In this document: piece after piece, positions 54,401 through 63,276 of the stretch | How positions within the stretch are numbered: position 1 is the first letter of the stretch | Layout: each line of letters begins with the position of its first letter | Assembly (NCBI GenBank): GCA_002633005.1 | Contig: NMRA01000633.1 | Coordinates: forward strand, 79,939-143,938 | Reading direction: 5' to 3' | DNA from: Phoronis australis | Lineage: Eukaryota; Animalia; Phoronida | DNA: 64,000 nt | Translations under genes and position numbers: made by a program | Notes under the pieces: model-generated | What the model was told of the DNA's origin: nothing | Database searches by the model: none | What the model saw: the letters and a program-made list of their open reading frames with translations, nothing else

Positions 54401-56921
54401 ATATATGTCAAAATAAGTTGGAAGATAACACTGTCCCCCACTTAATAGTAGCCATGATAATGAAATGCAGTAGCAGATCAAGCAGAATAGGGCCGTGCCA
54501 GATTACACAGCGACACTCAAATCTCCCTGTATTTACCCATAATATTGTTAATATCCGTCAGGCACATTTGCTGCCTTGTTTTCCTGTCATCGAAGTTTCA
54601 CATATTATTTGCTGTTGTCTTGATTCTTTACAAGTTTTTCACAGTTGCATTACTCTATTCATACTTACAATGCCAACTAAGTATTGCTGTTGTGTTGAGG
54701 GCTGCAACTCCCATGTGAGAAAGTTTCATGAACTGGACAAATACCCTGCAGATGCGTAACGTGAAATTCGTCACCTCCCGACACAAAAAGAGACACACGA
54801 AAATGTGCTGGATTTCGAAAACAAGATCATGTGTTTTCTTATCTCCAGGACAAAGAAAAGTTTGTCCCTGTGTAAACCGGGACAGCCCTATTTCAGCAGC
54901 AACCACTCAAGTCAATGTCCAAATGATATTAAAATATCAAAAGTTTAAGTGTAATGCTGTACATCACAGAATACAGATATCTAAATATAAAATTTCGAAA
55001 AACTGAAGGATGGGTGCATAACCAAACATTGGAGTAGACCTGAACAGGTACGTCAGATAGTGTACAAAAATAATTTGCATATCACTGCTTACAACAAGAG
55101 CAACACTGCCCTACACGGGGCATTGAAATGCACCCACATCTGCACAGCAGTAGTCAAATTCGTCCATTTGATGTCAAAGTACCAGGAATACAATTATTGC
55201 GAAATTTCAAAGAACATCTTGCAAGGGGTTTTGAAGATACAGCCATATTTCCAAAAAATGTCACTAGGGGGAACCACAGCAGTTGGACCCCTTTGAAAAT
55301 GAACGTCAGTCATGCTCTTGTCAATAAAAAGCCATTCTTCATGATCATCCTGTAGCAAACGACAAAAAACAGAATAAATAATAGTTGAAATGGCCACTAG
55401 TCGAATACATCACAAAAAAGGAATGGTGGTGTCGCCTTCTTAAAAAACATGTTTGACGAATTTCATCAAGGAACTCTGAAAATACAGAGACAAACGTAGA
55501 AAATAAGACTGCCACTAGGGAGCACAGCTGTAGTCGAATCGGTCTGAAACTCGCCGTCATCTGCTGTCATCTCCATAGGAACACATACGCTAAATTTCAC
55601 AAAGATCTTGCAAAGGGTAAAAGAGATACAGCCAGACGGAAAAAAATGCCACTAGGGGGCACAAAATTGTCCAAATTCGTCCAAATGTTGCTGTTGTCCA
55701 TTGCCAACTTAATACAAATACACTTCCTAAATTTAATAAAGATCCTGCACAGAGTTCAGGAGATACAGCCATAGACACAAAAAAACTGCCACTAGGAGGC
55801 GACACAGTAGACCAAGTCATCGAAAATCATCATAAGCCATCCTCTTTACAGTAGACACACAAATGCCAATTTCCAAAATCATCCTTAGAGTTAAGGAGAT
55901 ATAGCCGTAGACGCCACAAAAATGCCACTAAGTGTCGCCTCAAAATAGTCGAACCTGTCCAAAAATCAGTGTCAGCCAGGCTGTTCTCTTCAGGAATGCA
56001 TATGCCAATTTTCATAATGATCCTTTGAGAAATTTGGCAGATACGAAGGCGGACGTCAAAAACGTACTCAATTTTTTTTTTATTTGCCACCACGTGACGC
56101 AGAATATGCCAAATCTGTCCGAAAACAGGAAGGCATAATCGTCTTTATAATAGAAACCTATATGCTAAACTTCATGCAATCCATCAAGGAGTTCCAAAGA
56201 TACATAGGAAAACAAAAAAAATAAAACTGCCACAAGGGGGCAGAGCAATAGTTGAATGACCAGTTATGTGATTTTTAGATGTTATTAGGCCAACACAACA
56301 TTGGAGTCTCTGCCCAGTTATATCAAACTTTATCTAAATTGACTTATTTGGACACCGTGTTTGCCACAAGAAGACATATGAGAGAAGTGAAACCAAACTT
56401 GTGTTTGCCAAATTTAACTGAATAAAAACCGTTCTCTCTATCACGTGGCCCTATTATGCTTCTCACATCTTGTTACATCTGTACTAATCCCTAGGTGCAA
56501 TATAACTTCATCAATAACAAGTAAGACATTACACCAAACGTTAAACCTGGTACAGAATACCACCAACAATTGAAGACCACCTTTCAGAAGACACACATAA
56601 ACTGTGCTTATGCATTTAATAGCTACATGGACAGAGATGCAAGCCTGAGCTAGAATATATATCGGAGCAGGTACAACTCATTATAAGAGAGTAAAGCAAA
56701 ATTAATTGCCAGAGTTATATTATATAGCAGGTACACCTCATGATGAGAGAGTTAAGCAGGATTTATTTCCATCAATACAAACAGCTGGTAAGATCAGGTC
56801 AGATGATGTTAAATACCTTGTTTCTATATTGCATGTTGTAAGCAGTCCAGCCATCACGTGGTGATGTGGGGATTATATCAGGTCGACTGGGTCCCTGTCG
56901 CCTGAACGGGGACCCTGACAT
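4419..56921 (-). CDS. shep: RBMS/MSSP/alan shepard-family two-RRM RNA-binding protein, spliced model join(56817-56921, 23279-23439, 22073-22131, 20812-20903, 18293-18512, 16234-16331, 14628-14662, 13395-13539, 12385-12480, 4419-4508), ~366 aa
   Basis: Exons join in one frame with GT-AG sites. Family-diagnostic peptides: [79 protein letters not shown]. The first exon is less certain than the rest. Confidence 0.85.
4767..6984 (-). mobile_element. Non-autonomous Helentron (HINE/DINE-1-like) with internal tandem array, copy A (14 monomers)
   Basis: On the minus strand: TT start, ATGCGC(GC)CCAC subTIR with inverted partner (hairpin at 6950-6975), GTCC/GTCY microsatellite, ~150-bp central repeats, 3' subTIR plus short palindrome, CTCTTGTT end; no TSD. 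Confidence 0.8.
7140..7425. repeat. 28-bp minisatellite (about 10 copies) running into the gap
   Basis: aagatatggccataatgcattaggagcc. Confidence 0.95.
7426..8083. other. Assembly gap (N run)
   Basis: Continuous Ns flanked by two different tandem repeats. Confidence 1.
8084..8176. repeat. 16-bp tandem repeat emerging from the gap
   Basis: caacgacacatcaaca. Confidence 0.9.
9988..11269 (-). mobile_element. HINE family copy B (8 monomers)
   Basis: Same termini (aacaagagcaacgctgagcgttg... and ...ccacatataaatatgtgggcgtataaaaa) and the same gccactagg monomers. Confidence 0.8.
12385..12480 (-). CDS. shep: RBMS exon: [32 protein letters not shown]
   Basis: ttctccag|CAG (NAGNAG) acceptor, TCG|gtaggc donor, 96 nt; resembles vertebrate 'QQMNHLSLGTTG'. 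Confidence 0.85.
12507..12680. repeat. 36-bp tandem repeat x~5
   Basis: gcaatgtcaaataacatataacaagaagtagttata. Confidence 0.9.
12858..13085. repeat. Degenerate ~40-bp tandem repeat
   Basis: tacaatacagctggttgtaactttta recurs about 6 times. Confidence 0.8.
13395..13539 (-). CDS. shep: RBMS low-complexity exon: [48 protein letters not shown]
   Basis: ctgcag| acceptor, CCG|gtaagc donor, 145 nt; P/S/T/Y/Q-rich with the YPVQSSNW motif; within ORF 13296-13616. Confidence 0.88.
13906..14294. repeat. 32-bp minisatellite x12
   Basis: ctaaatgttaagtgatagctgtcatcacatga. Confidence 0.95.
14628..14662 (-). CDS. shep: RBMS 35-nt small exon: [11 protein letters not shown](G)
   Basis: ctttcag| acceptor, GG|gtgaga donor; resembles the vertebrate 'MALTYD...QNG' exon and supplies the phase 0-to-2 bridge needed between the neighbours. 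Confidence 0.85.
14714..15038. repeat. 33-bp minisatellite x10
   Basis: gacattacaactgcatactatgaacagtgacca. Confidence 0.95.
16234..16331 (-). CDS. shep: RBMS exon: [32 protein letters not shown]
   Basis: ctgcag| acceptor, GAT|gtaagg donor, 98 nt; KFADGG motif ending RRM2. Confidence 0.94.
16603..16745. repeat. 69-bp tandem duplication
   Basis: tgtgttgcaggcaatcttcaatgc...acatgttgtcta present twice. Confidence 0.9.
17002..17919. mobile_element. hAT-like non-autonomous element (contains N gap 17105-17128)
   Basis: TIRs cagggcttcat...atgaaggcctg; subterminal gggtgtccaaa repeats at both ends; TSD not clean. Confidence 0.55.
18293..18512 (-). CDS. shep: RBMS exon, RRM2: [73 protein letters not shown](G)
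   Basis: tag|CAA acceptor, CAG|gtaaaa donor, 220 nt; overlaps ORF 18270-18461. Confidence 0.97.
18651..18863. repeat. 26-bp minisatellite x8
   Basis: gatacagggta(a/g)aacaaaaccatcat. Confidence 0.95.
19291..20611 (-). mobile_element. HINE family copy C (8 monomers)
   Basis: Colinear with copy A at both ends; same monomer order. Confidence 0.8.
20812..20903 (-). CDS. shep: RBMS exon: (G)[30 protein letters not shown]
   Basis: ctgcag| acceptor, AAA|gtgagt donor, 92 nt; completes RNP1 KGYGFVDF. Confidence 0.96.
21723..21950. repeat. Degenerate ~33-bp minisatellite
   Basis: acccacactgc...ctctgtgggcac recurs about 7 times. Confidence 0.85.
22073..22131 (-). CDS. shep: RBMS exon: [19 protein letters not shown](G)
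   Basis: tttacag| acceptor, AAG|gtatgg donor, 59 nt, phases 2/1 fit the neighbouring exons. Confidence 0.96.
22205..23222 (-). mobile_element. Decayed HINE family copy D with internal 39-bp triplication at ~22800-22910
   Basis: gcattgaaatgtgcccac end motif; degenerate gccactag/gccacaagg monomers. Confidence 0.6.
23279..23439 (-). CDS. shep: RBMS exon: [53 protein letters not shown](Q), start of RRM1
   Basis: tag|GCG acceptor, CA|gtgagt donor, 161 nt; RNP2 LYIRGL and MPAPSP motif. Confidence 0.96.
24452..26815. mobile_element. hAT-like (hAT5-type?) non-autonomous DNA transposon, 2.36 kb
   Basis: Perfect 11-bp TIR cagggctcgac/gtcgagccctg; subterminal caggtcgcattt/cagctcgcatt repeats; flanked by aatat/aatat (5-bp TSD). 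Confidence 0.85.
25417..25607. repeat. 24-bp tandem repeat x8 inside the hAT-like element
   Basis: tacattgtaccctttttagccacc. Confidence 0.95.
27056..27305. repeat. 63-bp tandem repeat x4
   Basis: caagtttg...gagtaaaacacaacagtcacaaggtgtcaccacagtacaatgacctaacc. Confidence 0.9.
27469..27794. mobile_element. MITE with ~70-bp imperfect TIRs
   Basis: tagacacggga...tttttccatccaaaaa...acctgc mirrors gcaggt...tttttggatggaaaaaa...cctgtgtcta. Confidence 0.65.
28074..28190. repeat. ~34-bp tandem repeat x3
   Basis: tttatgagcaacaatttagagagtgacaatctat. Confidence 0.85.
28324..28730. mobile_element. PIF/Harbinger-type MITE, copy 1
   Basis: TIRs aggccctttcata/tatgaaaggccct; TAA 3-bp TSD. Confidence 0.8.
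28766..31716. mobile_element. Tc1/mariner-pogo (Tc2-like, CCGTA-type termini) non-autonomous element, copy 1
   Basis: Ends cgtaaacgttcaggttaatgccc / gggcattaacccgaatgtttaccg; ttaaccgccc/taagcgccc subterminal repeats; colinear with 34785-37135 and 45517-47900. Confidence 0.7.
30649..31154. mobile_element. PIF/Harbinger-type MITE, copy 2, nested in the Tc2-like element
   Basis: Same TIRs and interior as 28324-28730; TTT 3-bp TSD. Confidence 0.8.
32765..32945 (-). mobile_element. HINE family fragment
   Basis: aaattgccactagggggcacacc...aaagttcgctcgtgccgt...ggagata matches 6770-6900. Confidence 0.7.
33516..33662 (+). mobile_element. Right end of the same ISL2EU-like family, next to a single-N join
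   Basis: Near-identical to 38835-38981. Confidence 0.85.
34785..37135. mobile_element. Tc2-like non-autonomous element, copy 2
   Basis: Colinear with copy 1 over more than 2 kb; subterminal cgccca repeats at both ends. Confidence 0.75.
37447..37810. mobile_element. Harbinger-type MITE with CAG TSD
   Basis: TIRs ggcccggtctccaatcttt/aaagattagagaccgggcc; cag/cag flanks; internal aactcgaaa repeats. Confidence 0.85.
37832..38981 (+). mobile_element. ISL2EU-like non-autonomous element with THAP-domain relic
   Basis: Imperfect TIRs aggccttttgcgagttt / aaactcgcaagtgagct; AT TSD inside CAATTG; 37990 reads [14 protein letters not shown] (THAP-like start with a stop). Confidence 0.65.
39408..39588. 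repeat. (CA)n / (CACAGA)n compound microsatellite
   Basis: Direct reading; contains one N. Confidence 0.97.
43537..44878. mobile_element. Old TIR element hosting a HINE fragment; related relic at ~40420-40850
   Basis: tggcctccattctaactcatatatcaaaa versus ttttgatatgagttagaatggaggcca; shares gagttgtgc..ctgcatgcatac and gagttagaatggag with 40430-40835. Confidence 0.5.
43565..43812 (-). mobile_element. HINE family fragment
   Basis: aacaagagcaacg...gaaatgcacccacgaatgcacc...ggccactagatggcgc matches copy B. Confidence 0.7.
45183..45488. repeat. 39-bp minisatellite, resuming at 49283-49345 and 49680-49745
   Basis: ctacactggaccctgtcatagactgactggtccatataa. Confidence 0.9.
45517..47900. mobile_element. 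Tc2-like element copy 3, truncated, with nested foldback MITE
   Basis: Colinear with 28785-30260; interrupted at 46265-46961 and ends at a LINE fragment. Confidence 0.75.
46265..46961. mobile_element. Young foldback MITE with ~185-bp near-perfect TIRs, CAAGG...CCTTG ends
   Basis: 46265-46449 is the reverse complement of ~46778-46961 (one mismatch seen); ttatt duplicated on both sides; the paralogous empty site at ~35562 has a single ttatt. Confidence 0.92.
47935..49282 (+). mobile_element. 5'-truncated decayed LINE (CR1/L2-group-like) reverse transcriptase ORF2 relic
   Basis: LLYADDIAL (RT catalytic motif), [14 protein letters not shown]-terminal [15 protein letters not shown] motif; frameshifts and stops; AATAAA followed by a (TAC)n tail. 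Confidence 0.9.
49350..49690 (-). mobile_element. LINE 3' fragment (cysteine-rich ORF2 end)
   Basis: [14 protein letters not shown]...ERICGIC..GEIEDE..F..CP, followed on the minus strand by aataaa and a TAT-like tail. Confidence 0.75.
50037..50106. mobile_element. Minimal 70-bp TIR element (hAT-like); related fragments at ~49970-50005 and ~54300-54332
   Basis: catgggcggcgca...tgcgccgcccatg inverted repeat; gcagcactgaaaaaagtggggg repeated. Confidence 0.5.
52417..52624. repeat. ~68-bp tandem repeat x3
   Basis: actaatggtcatcatgcatcttgtatctgagtagtgtgcatacaaagcacaaggtcatccagcacaca. Confidence 0.9.
53675..53985. repeat. 43-bp minisatellite
   Basis: cagctgatattcacaaaatgatagtgctcatatgatattgcac. 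Confidence 0.9.
54669..54825 (+). pseudogene. THAP-domain relic, probably from a transposon
   Basis: [15 protein letters not shown]..., frameshifting into ...KFVT...CWISK; N-terminal C-x4-C pattern typical of THAP domains. Confidence 0.5.
55093..56255 (-). mobile_element. Diverged HINE family copy G
   Basis: aacaagagcaac start, gaaatgcacccac subTIR, repeated gccactag monomers. Confidence 0.65.
56817..56921 (-). CDS. shep: Candidate first coding exon [35 protein letters not shown]
   Basis: ATG with an upstream in-frame TAG; GC-richer island; ends AAG|gtattt in phase 0, matching the phase-0 acceptor at 23439; the basic YRNK end loosely resembles RBMS exon-1 ends. Confidence 0.5.
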
Positions 56922-59900
56922 GCTGTCGTAGTTGTTTTGAGCCACTGTACTTCGCCAAACTGCCCATAAATGGCACAGCTACATACACCTCAGATCTGGT
57001 GAATCTAAGGTCTAAAAGTAGGTCATACAGGCTCAGTATTGTCAGTGCACAGGTCCAGTCCAATTGAATGTCAGTCTACAGGTCCAGTCCAATTTGAATT
57101 AATCTCAAGGTAGGAATCAATGGATAATTAAAATGAAAATAACACTGCCTTAAAAATGAGTAGCTAGTGAAATTGATCGTCAACTGTTTTCCATTTATCA
57201 TAACCTGAAATCTTCTCCATTCATTTTATTAAGTCTAACCTCAAATAATACAATATTTGTTCAATGCCATATTCGCCATGATATCTGTAACTATCACAGT
57301 ATAATATCAAATATCTAAATGCCACAAATCAGACCAAAGTGTCACAAAAACACTAAAATTTTATTATTCCCAATGGACCTGGTCCTAGAAAGAATTCCAC
57401 TCAAGGGAGATAACTCTATCTGGAGATAACTCAATCTTAGATGGGATTTCCAACTTAGTCATGTAAATAATCGTGTTGAAGGAAAATCTTCATAGGAAAA
57501 TGAAGGACACTGAAACTTAGTCTATCAATCACTATTTATGAACACAGACATGCATTGATTTTGAAAATAAAAATCAGATGAATTACTCATTAATTAAAAG
57601 GATAGGAGTATACTATAGCCTTCTTAATGAATGAAGCATAGAACAGGTAAAACAGCCATTTTCAAATGATTTGAAACTAAAGCAAGAAACAAGTGCTCTC
57701 TTATATAGGTAAACACTTGAAATCAGCAAGTCCTGACCTATAATAGAAATTAGAAGGGGCATGGCACATAAGAAGTGCTCACATTCCGCATGGCTAGTTT
57801 CTTGCACATGTAAGTGAGATTATATCAAAAAATGTACTACCGTTACTAACACAACATGCAACATTGCTAGCTTTCACTCGCGAGTACCTTGCCTTATGAA
57901 ACACGAGACTTACAGAAGTCAATTTCTATCGCTAAACAGATTGCCAAAACTATTTCAGTTACCCTTGTTTTTAAAAAACAACTATGCACTTACAAGTGTT
58001 AATGAAAATGTTCAGTGTCATTCTTCACCAGATGTGCTTTCTTTAATTTAGTTAAGTCCGTATATTGAGAGCACGTCGGCCAATAGTGGAACTTCAGTTT
58101 ACCTAAGCTTCACCCAAACTTCAACCAAATTTCACTTGCCTTTCCCACTAAACATTTACAAGTGCTTATGAAAATGATCAGTGTCATTCTTCATGTGCTT
58201 TCTTTAAAGACCCTACATTACGGCCAAATGACTTTTGAACATGTTAAATATCTGTATCATTGGTCGACACAAACATATCATCCCTCCCTTTACTCCTGGC
58301 ATTAGCTAATTACGCCAATTACTATCGTACGACCCCACCATGAACCCCATTTAGCGCCGAAAAAAAACTTTAGGAGGCGCTCGTTCTAATCTCGACGCAA
58401 ATGACGTCATTGTTGGTATCCAAGACGTATCGAACAGTCCGTTGCCACAGGAAGAAGTTACCTTACGGTGTCTGGTGCATATTTCACAGATTTTCAAAAT
58501 TACAACTGTTAGAGACAACCAAGCTGAAATACTATGCGACACTTATCTCGACACTTCCACGTGCATGTAATATCCTACAACTCACTGTCCCTTGATCAGT
58601 AGTTTAGCGTCGCCGAAGACAGTAGCGCGTTCTTGGTGGGGACCACTTACTCAGTCTAACATCAAATGCTTATTCACAAAGACGTCAGGGTTTAACGAAC
58701 AGATTTAACGAACAGGGTCCCTGCGTGCATTAATTGGGGGACAGGTTTGCAATGAATGGAGATTTGTCGGACCCACGGCGACATCCTGGCGGAATGCGTG
58801 TACCGGAGAATTAATTTGTTTGTAGTCGCTCCATGTCGTGAACACATCCACTAAAACAAGAAATTGTAGGAACACCGCATTTATCCACCTTCACTCTTAT
58901 CAGGCTTCTATTGTGAGTCAGCATGCGTGAATAATTGGCTGATAAGCCACCTCTAGAACTACTTTTGGCTGAATGGATGACCAGGCCATAAAATGATAAT
59001 TAGCCAAGACCAGTTACTATAATGCAACAAAGAATAATGTCTTGCATCACCTAGCCTTGGTTGAAAGCTGTATACTGTATTGGCTCAAACAAACGCTTTG
59101 AAAAATTCATTTCACGGGGAGGGGACGCTTATTGTAGTGAGCCTACGGCAGTTGAAACCCGGTTTCCCAAACGGGTAAAATCGGAAGCTAGGATTCATCA
59201 AATTTACGCTCTGTGACGTATTTGTAGCCTATGACAGCCTTTCTACAAAATTGTGGTGCATTGCTATCAACTTCCGTTGTTAAATTACGATAATTTTTCA
59301 AAAAGTTGTGCTCATCACAGGGCGAAAACTTGCCGACTGATGCGTCGCTGAATCGCAACCGTCAATAGGAAAACTTGTACTCTTGAATAAAAATATAGTT
59401 TCGACTCAACAAATCACCTGAAATCTTCCTGATGTTTTACAATTTTTAAAGTTCATGTGGAGTCCAGATTAATTGCGATTAAGTCCAAATATGCGCTACA
59501 TCGTACTCCACAACACGAGAAAAATCTCTGGATGAAAACAACATGTTGTTGTCACGTGACGTTTGTTTTGAAGGTCGTCTGCGTATGAGAGTGAGTGAGC
59601 GTGCGTCTGCGGGTCATCGACGATAGACTTTTTTGTTACAAAAGGCGGAGGATTATGCAAGAAAATGGCGTTTACTAGATTGTAACGTGCAAGGTGAGTG
59701 CTGGTTAACTCACAGATTTTGTGTGCACAGGCCGACTGTCGTTAGCTCTGCCGTCGAGTATTAATAGTCCAAGGCTCGATCTACATGTTGGGGACGAAAT
59801 GAACTACCCGGGCTGTGTGAAATTTCTGGGTCTAACGGAGGCACTGACGCAGTGGTCAGTCAGATCGCTGTATCAAGACTATAGTCAAAATCCAAATTCG

Positions 59901-60345
59901 TTTTATCGTGTCCCTGTCAATAATAACGGCATGTTAAAGCCTTCTTAATTTTCGTACTTCAGGAACATAACAATCACGTGTTTTGTACACATACGTGCAC
60001 GCCGCAGATCACATCTCGGAAATTGCCGATTTGACGGATGACAATGAATGAACACAATGAAATTAACAACGTCGTTTTACAGCTTGTAAGATTCATAATA
60101 AAAGTATTTTGAATATTGCAATGCATGTGTTCCAAAATCTAAATAACTTGGGTCCTATATTTTTGTATTAGTGCGCGCCGAATGAAAGTAATCGTGAGTG
60201 TTGCTGTGTTGCAAAATCTCTTATCCTGGGCCGATTTGAAAAATTCAAAGTTGTACTCATATTTGTTTTCGCTCCTCTTTTCACATATTACAGTAAAAAC
60301 TACGTAAAACTCTCTCCATAAAAAGTACAGTCTGCTAGCTAGATT

Positions 60346-60772
60346 GTAATCAGCTGATCATATCCGCATGAGCGAAGCCAATTATCCTCGCTCATGACTC
60401 GATGACTAGAGCAGCCTGGCGGCATCCCTTTGATCGTGAGCCGAGTGCGACTCAGCCAACTTAGGTGGATAAATACGGTCTAGTTCAATTTTCCATACCC
60501 CGCCGTTTACCTTAACCACTGGGGTTAGAACCAATTTTATTTAGTGGGAATGTTCATAGCATGGTAATCAGCTGATCATATCCGCATGAGCGAAGCCAAT
60601 TATCCTCGCTCCTGACTTGATGAATAGAGCAGCTTGGCGAGATCCCTCTGATCGTGAGCTGAGCGAAACTCAGCCAAGGTGGATAAATACAGCCTAGTTC
60701 AATCTGCCAAACCCCACCTTTTACCCTGATAGGCGGGTTTGGGCCAATCTTATTAAACGGGAATGTTTATAG
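60346..60772. repeat. ~219-bp diverged tandem dimer
   Basis: gtaatcagctgatcatatccgcatgagcgaagccaattatcctcgctc at 60346 and 60565. Confidence 0.85.
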
Positions 60773-63276
60773 CAAGCACCGGAAAAAAATCTGCAAAGTC
60801 CCACCAGAAAGCTCGCACTGTAGCACCAAGTAATTGACATACCTTGTTTTATAAATCCCAAGGAATGAAACTGCGGTAAGTGGATCAAAAGTCACCAGGT
60901 TTGTTTTAGACAAGAAAGGAGGAAGCACCTGCTGGAAAATGTTTGAAATAAACAGTTTCACAAAATAACCTTAAACAATCATGCTTCAGTCTGAACAAGA
61001 AATATCAACCGATATCTCTTATACCCATAGTTTAGGTACACAAAATTCTCGCCATACATTGCAATGTATTAACTTATAGTTTCTATACACCCATAAAATC
61101 TAGTGAGGAGGCCACATTACATCAACAACCTAACAGGCAAAATACATTCTATGAATCCCCCACCTACCCTTTGATTATCAAGATTCATGTGTCTATTTCT
61201 TGTTAGTCCACTCCCTAAGTCAGCTTCAACATAGCACAATACCACAGTACAGTCAGACCTGTGTATGACATTGGACACTGAATTCCTGGAGAGCAATCAA
61301 CCACTCTGGCATGAAAAAATCACTTCATGACAACCCACTTATGGCTGGGGTCAGAGGTCACCTGCAGTAGATATGTGCTATAACCTGGCCAAGACAAACA
61401 ACAAACACCACAAAATTGTCACAGTTTGGGTTAGACATTCTGTTGTTTATAAAACAATAACAAGAATGAATTGATACTTTCTGCTAGTGTTCCTTTCTCA
61501 CTCACCAGGTATTATTGTTTACCATACAGATTCAGTCTAAGTAAGTTACTAACATCAAATGACTAAAAATTAGGGAAGTAGGAAAGATCCAAATCAAAAG
61601 TCCATTAATGAAGTCATTTACACAATAACTCCCTCTATATGTAGTGCAATATACTATTGCGGTCATACTTAATGTAATAATGAATGAAATAGAAGATTTA
61701 GTGACCATATTGGCAAAGCATGATTAGACCCTAAAACAAAATTACAGTAAGGGAAACAGAAAAATACACTGAATATGTGAATTTAACTACATACCAAACA
61801 AAAACTCTGAAACACATATGAAGACGACAAGTCCACCACATACTAGGGACGGATCCAGGATTTTGAGTTAGGAGGGGGCAGGGCACAGGAATAACCAGAA
61901 CTTCGCCTCATGCACGCGCCCAGCCTAAAATGTAGGGAGGTAGTGGTTCTCGAATGCTTGGGTTTGTGCACCTTATTAAAAAAAATAAATAGGTTTGTTT
62001 AAGGCCTATGCATTGTGCATAGAATTCTGTTTTGTCTGAAACAATGACTTACGAAACTCCTTTTACTATTAACACGGTTTGCATTTTCAAGTTGTCAAAG
62101 CACAATGCAAGGGAGCGTTCTGTAGACGCTAGTAACTGCGCGATGCCATGCTTCGCTTGTAATGCATGATATCTCACAATGACTTACCACTGGAACTTAA
62201 AGTAGCCAATGTCAAGTTTAAAAAATTGTGTTCAATCATTTCTTAAGGGTAACTGTTTCACATATATTCCTACAACTAAATTATGTTTATTGCAAGAAAA
62301 AGAAATTCTCATCAATCAATTGGGAGCAGGGTTTACCTCAATTCACAGACATTCCATCATAACTTTGCCAATTTTTCTAATGTACCTGTGGTGCTATTAA
62401 CAGTGATGCTCACTATAATGCTGAGCGTGAACAGCTCTTTCGTAACCTGCTATCCAACGATCATATCTGGTTACATTTTTGAAATCTTAGCAATAGGCTT
62501 GAAAAAACTAGTTTTCTATTAAATGGTTGTCACAATATGAATGACTGCAATGCTCTATTACTAAATCTTAGCGATTTTATTGTCATAATAGGGAAATGCA
62601 TTAATATTTTTACTGAGCTTTTTGTTTTGTTCTATTTATGTTTTAGAAAATTAATCTCTCGTTAATATGTTCTCCTTTATTACCGTACAATTTTGTTCTT
62701 GTTTTTTGTTTTCTGTACTTTGGTGTTTTTACTTAATACTATGTTTCACCTGCTGGTCGCCAATGCGACCTCAGATTGTGTTTGGCGATCTGGGAAATCC
62801 AAGTCACCATGAGATCATTACTGCCAGTATCAAAGTCAGACATTTCCCTCTAACTTCGTCTCAACTTCCACACTTGAATCTACAAATGGTGTTCCTAGAT
62901 TAATTACCTTTGATTGGCAATTGCTTCGTTGATTTCTTGAACTGAACAAATTTGCCACCATGTTTAACTTACAACATGAAGTACAGACTGACGTCAGAAT
63001 TGTTAAGCAAAAATCGGGCAAGATCAGCAAAATTTGTGCCACTAGGCCATGCAGTCGTCTGTGTTCTATGTTCATCCATCGGTTGTGGGCAGGAGGAATA
63101 AATGTACATAGGTCAAGCAGTCAGCACAAGGAAAATGGGGCACATTAGATGCGTCCAACACCAAATGTGACTAATGAGTGTTTAGCTAAGTGTTGAGAGC
63201 AGTTGGATATAATCAATAATGTCCTTCCTGGGCTAAATGTTCGTCATTTATTTGTGTAGCAATAAAAAGGATTTAC

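Noticed and set aside
60843-60928. Minus-strand segment VLPPFLSKTNLVTFDPL... with AG/GT borders and the same phases (0 to 2) as RBMS exon 2
   Set aside because: Shares only the LSKTNL hexapeptide and lacks RNP2 (YIRGL); the true exon is at 23279-23439. Probably coincidence; junction reads would be needed to revive it.
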